DNA from: Basidiobolus meristosporus CBS 931.73
Taxonomy: Eukaryota > Fungi > Basidiobolomycota
Direction of reading: 5' to 3'
Assembly (NCBI GenBank): GCA_002104905.1
Contig: MCFE01000081.1
Span: 116,028-180,027 of the forward strand
Length of the DNA stretch: 64,000 bases
Below are positions 62,205 to 64,000 of this stretch, piece after piece (positions within the stretch are counted from its first letter, which is position 1; the number at the start of each line of letters is the position of its first letter). A program made the position numbers and the translations under genes. A model generated the notes under the pieces. That model saw only the letters and a list, made by a program, of their open reading frames with translations, did no database searches and was not told the origin of the DNA.

Positions 62205-63248
62205 AGACAGTCACCAACAGGTGAAATCTTTATTTCAGTTGAAACAAAGAAGCCAGCGCTACTGTTGTAGCTTTGATACAAGAGTGTGTAGCTGAGGGGA
62301 ATTTGTAGGTAAGTTAATAAGAAGTGATGATAGTTCTTCAGTGCTCAAGACACTGTTCAGTGGGAAGGGGGGTAGCAAGAGAGGTAAGAATGACTTGTGA
62401 ACAACATTAATGAGGGGAATGTGATAAGGATTGATATTCATCATAAAGGGAGTGTGCTGCTGCAGATATTGCTGCCAAAGGTCTGTCAAGTACTTCAGGT
62501 AGGCCAGCTTGGGTTTTTCTGACTGCAGAATATAGTGAGCAAACTTCTTGACTTCAGGATCTCCAAGTATAGTTCTCCAGCAGGAGCCAGGTGTTGTGTG
62601 GTGTGTTCTCTTCCAGGCCTTAATCAGTGGGTTGTTGCAGTTGTGAAGTCTGAGGTATAATCTGGTTCTAAGGTAGAGAAGTCTGATCTTATAGGGCATA
62701 AACCCAAAAGCACCAAGAATAGCATGTCTGTAGGGGCATTCAGGCAAATGAGGCACCAAGGAGGTAATGCACCATACTGCAAACTTGTCAAGCTTAGTGC
62801 AGTCTCTAGAAGTAAGAGAGAGAAGTGGTAAGCCAAATTCCAGTACAGGGAAGACAAACTGCTTGAGTAGAAGAAGGCAGCTGGGAGCTGAAGTTGTAGG
62901 AGGAGTAACAGCCAGTAGCATGTGGAGTGCCTGTCTTGCCAGGATAATTCTCTTCTTCAGGTGTGCTCCAGAGTCTAGTCCAGTAGGAAGGAAAGGAAAG
63001 CCAAGATATGTAGCAGAAACCTGAGCAGGTAGAGTGGAGTTCTCTAAGGTGATGGGAGAGCCCAAAGGTACTGTCTTTGCAATGGAAAGCTGGAGATTAT
63101 TCTTCTGCAGATACTGGTGGATGGTCTGGGAGTCTTGTTGCACATTGGAGGAGGATATTCTGATGTCATCAGCAAAGAGAGTAACCAGGCAGTCAGCTGA
63201 GAGTCTTGGGAAATCATTCAGGAAGATGGCAAACAGTATAGGACCAAG
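62205..63248 (-). mobile_element. 5'-truncated LINE copy G (about 1.04 kb)
   Basis: Shared 3' end; followed by GGTTAGGGTTAGGGTTA(G)7. Confidence 0.95.
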
Positions 63249-63272
63249 GGTTAGGGTTAGGGTTAGGGGGGG

Positions 63273-63757
63273 AGGAAAGTCACCAAGTGGTGAAATCTTT
63301 ATTTACTTATGACAAGTATTTAAAGAAGCCAAGTTAATCTGAAGTTATTCCTAGAAAGCTAGGTCTGAGAGATATCTTCCTGGTAAGCCAGGTCTAAGAG
63401 TTTTGAGGCTGAGTGGTACTATATTTCCTAGTTAGCTAGGTCTGAGAGAGGTTTCCTGGAAAGCCAGGCCTGAGAAGTGAGAATCTGAATATATCTGAGC
63501 TAAGTTATACTGGTTTGTGGTAGCTGAATTGTGGCCGGAATGGCCAGTAGACTGGGGGAACTGAGAGGAATTTCTGGGCGATCACTGGCCAAATTTACTA
63601 GGAAAATCTGGCCAATTAGCATTTCAAGGATTTCAGCCAATCAGAGCCTTTACTTTGCCCGATGGTTGATCAAGCCATCTCCCAATGAGCACACATCAAT
63701 TTTATTAATCAAATTTTGCTGGATCCAGGATTTGAACCCACAACCATGGGTATGGAA
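63273..63757 (-). mobile_element. Non-coding telomeric retroelement (element H), candidate tRNA-derived SINE
   Basis: Shared 3' double hairpin; no convincing sense ORF; GGTTCAAATCC B-box-like motif at 63738-63728; internal ~27-bp subrepeats at 63348-63476. Confidence 0.6.
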
Positions 63758-63809
63758 GGGTTAGGGATAACCACAAGGCTAAGTGTTCTTGGTTAGGGGG
63801 GGGAGACAC

Positions 63810-64000
63810 TTAGGGTTAGGGTTAGGGTTAGGGTTAGGGTTAGGGTTAGGGTTAGGGTTAGGGTTAGGGTTAGGGTTAGGGTTAGGGTTAGGTTAGGGTT
63901 AGGGTTAGGGTTAGGGTTAGGGTTAGGGTTAGGGTTAGGGTTAGGGTTAGGGTTAGGGTTAGGGTTAGGGTTAGGGTTAGGGTTAGGGTTAGGGTTAGGG
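63810..64000 (+). repeat. Terminal telomere tract (TTAGGG)n, about 32 units with one TTAGG variant
   Basis: Hexamer array running to the window end, G-rich strand oriented outward. Confidence 0.99.

Noticed and set aside
57319-63248. Array produced by simple tandem duplication or assembly collapse
   Set aside because: Each copy has a different 5' breakpoint, a different telomeric spacer and private SNPs; read-level confirmation is still desirable
63721-63760. Functional tRNA gene
   Set aside because: Only a B-box-like motif; the T-stem pairs poorly and the D-arm and acceptor stem are absent

Overview
Right end of a eukaryotic chromosome. The intron-rich genes and TTAGGG telomere indicate a fungus; an early-diverging one such as Basidiobolus is plausible but inferred. 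About 0.5-18 kb is a dense gene block: Sec7-PH ARF-GEF, Pbs2-like MAP2K, TOM5, RPL31, phosducin-like PLP2, a complex I 17.8 kDa subunit, glycogen synthase, an unusual amino-acid-dehydrogenase/HPPD-like dioxygenase fusion and an MCT-type MFS transporter. A full-length Ty1/copia element with a 5-bp TSD lies at 19.9-24.5 kb. A secreted-CAZyme island at 26.4-37.0 kb holds an AA11 LPMO with CBM5/12, a GH16, and a divergent GH16 paralog carrying about 90 His-rich 19-aa repeats plus CBM19. At 37-51.5 kb is a nested TE graveyard: a copia split by a PHIS/Harbinger-type DNA transposon, which itself contains a Ty3/gypsy element and a solo LTR. That copia is cut off at 51541 and capped by TTAGGG. From there to the terminal (TTAGGG)n tract runs a head-to-tail array of telomere-targeted retroelements, all antisense to the G-rich strand and separated by short telomeric repeats. 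The array contains one full-length APE+RT LINE, five 5'-truncated copies, an ORF1-only partner and a non-coding SINE-like partner. All three families end in the same double-hairpin 3' structure followed by a C-run/TAACCC. This autonomous/non-autonomous telomeric retroelement consortium is the strongest candidate for an undescribed system.
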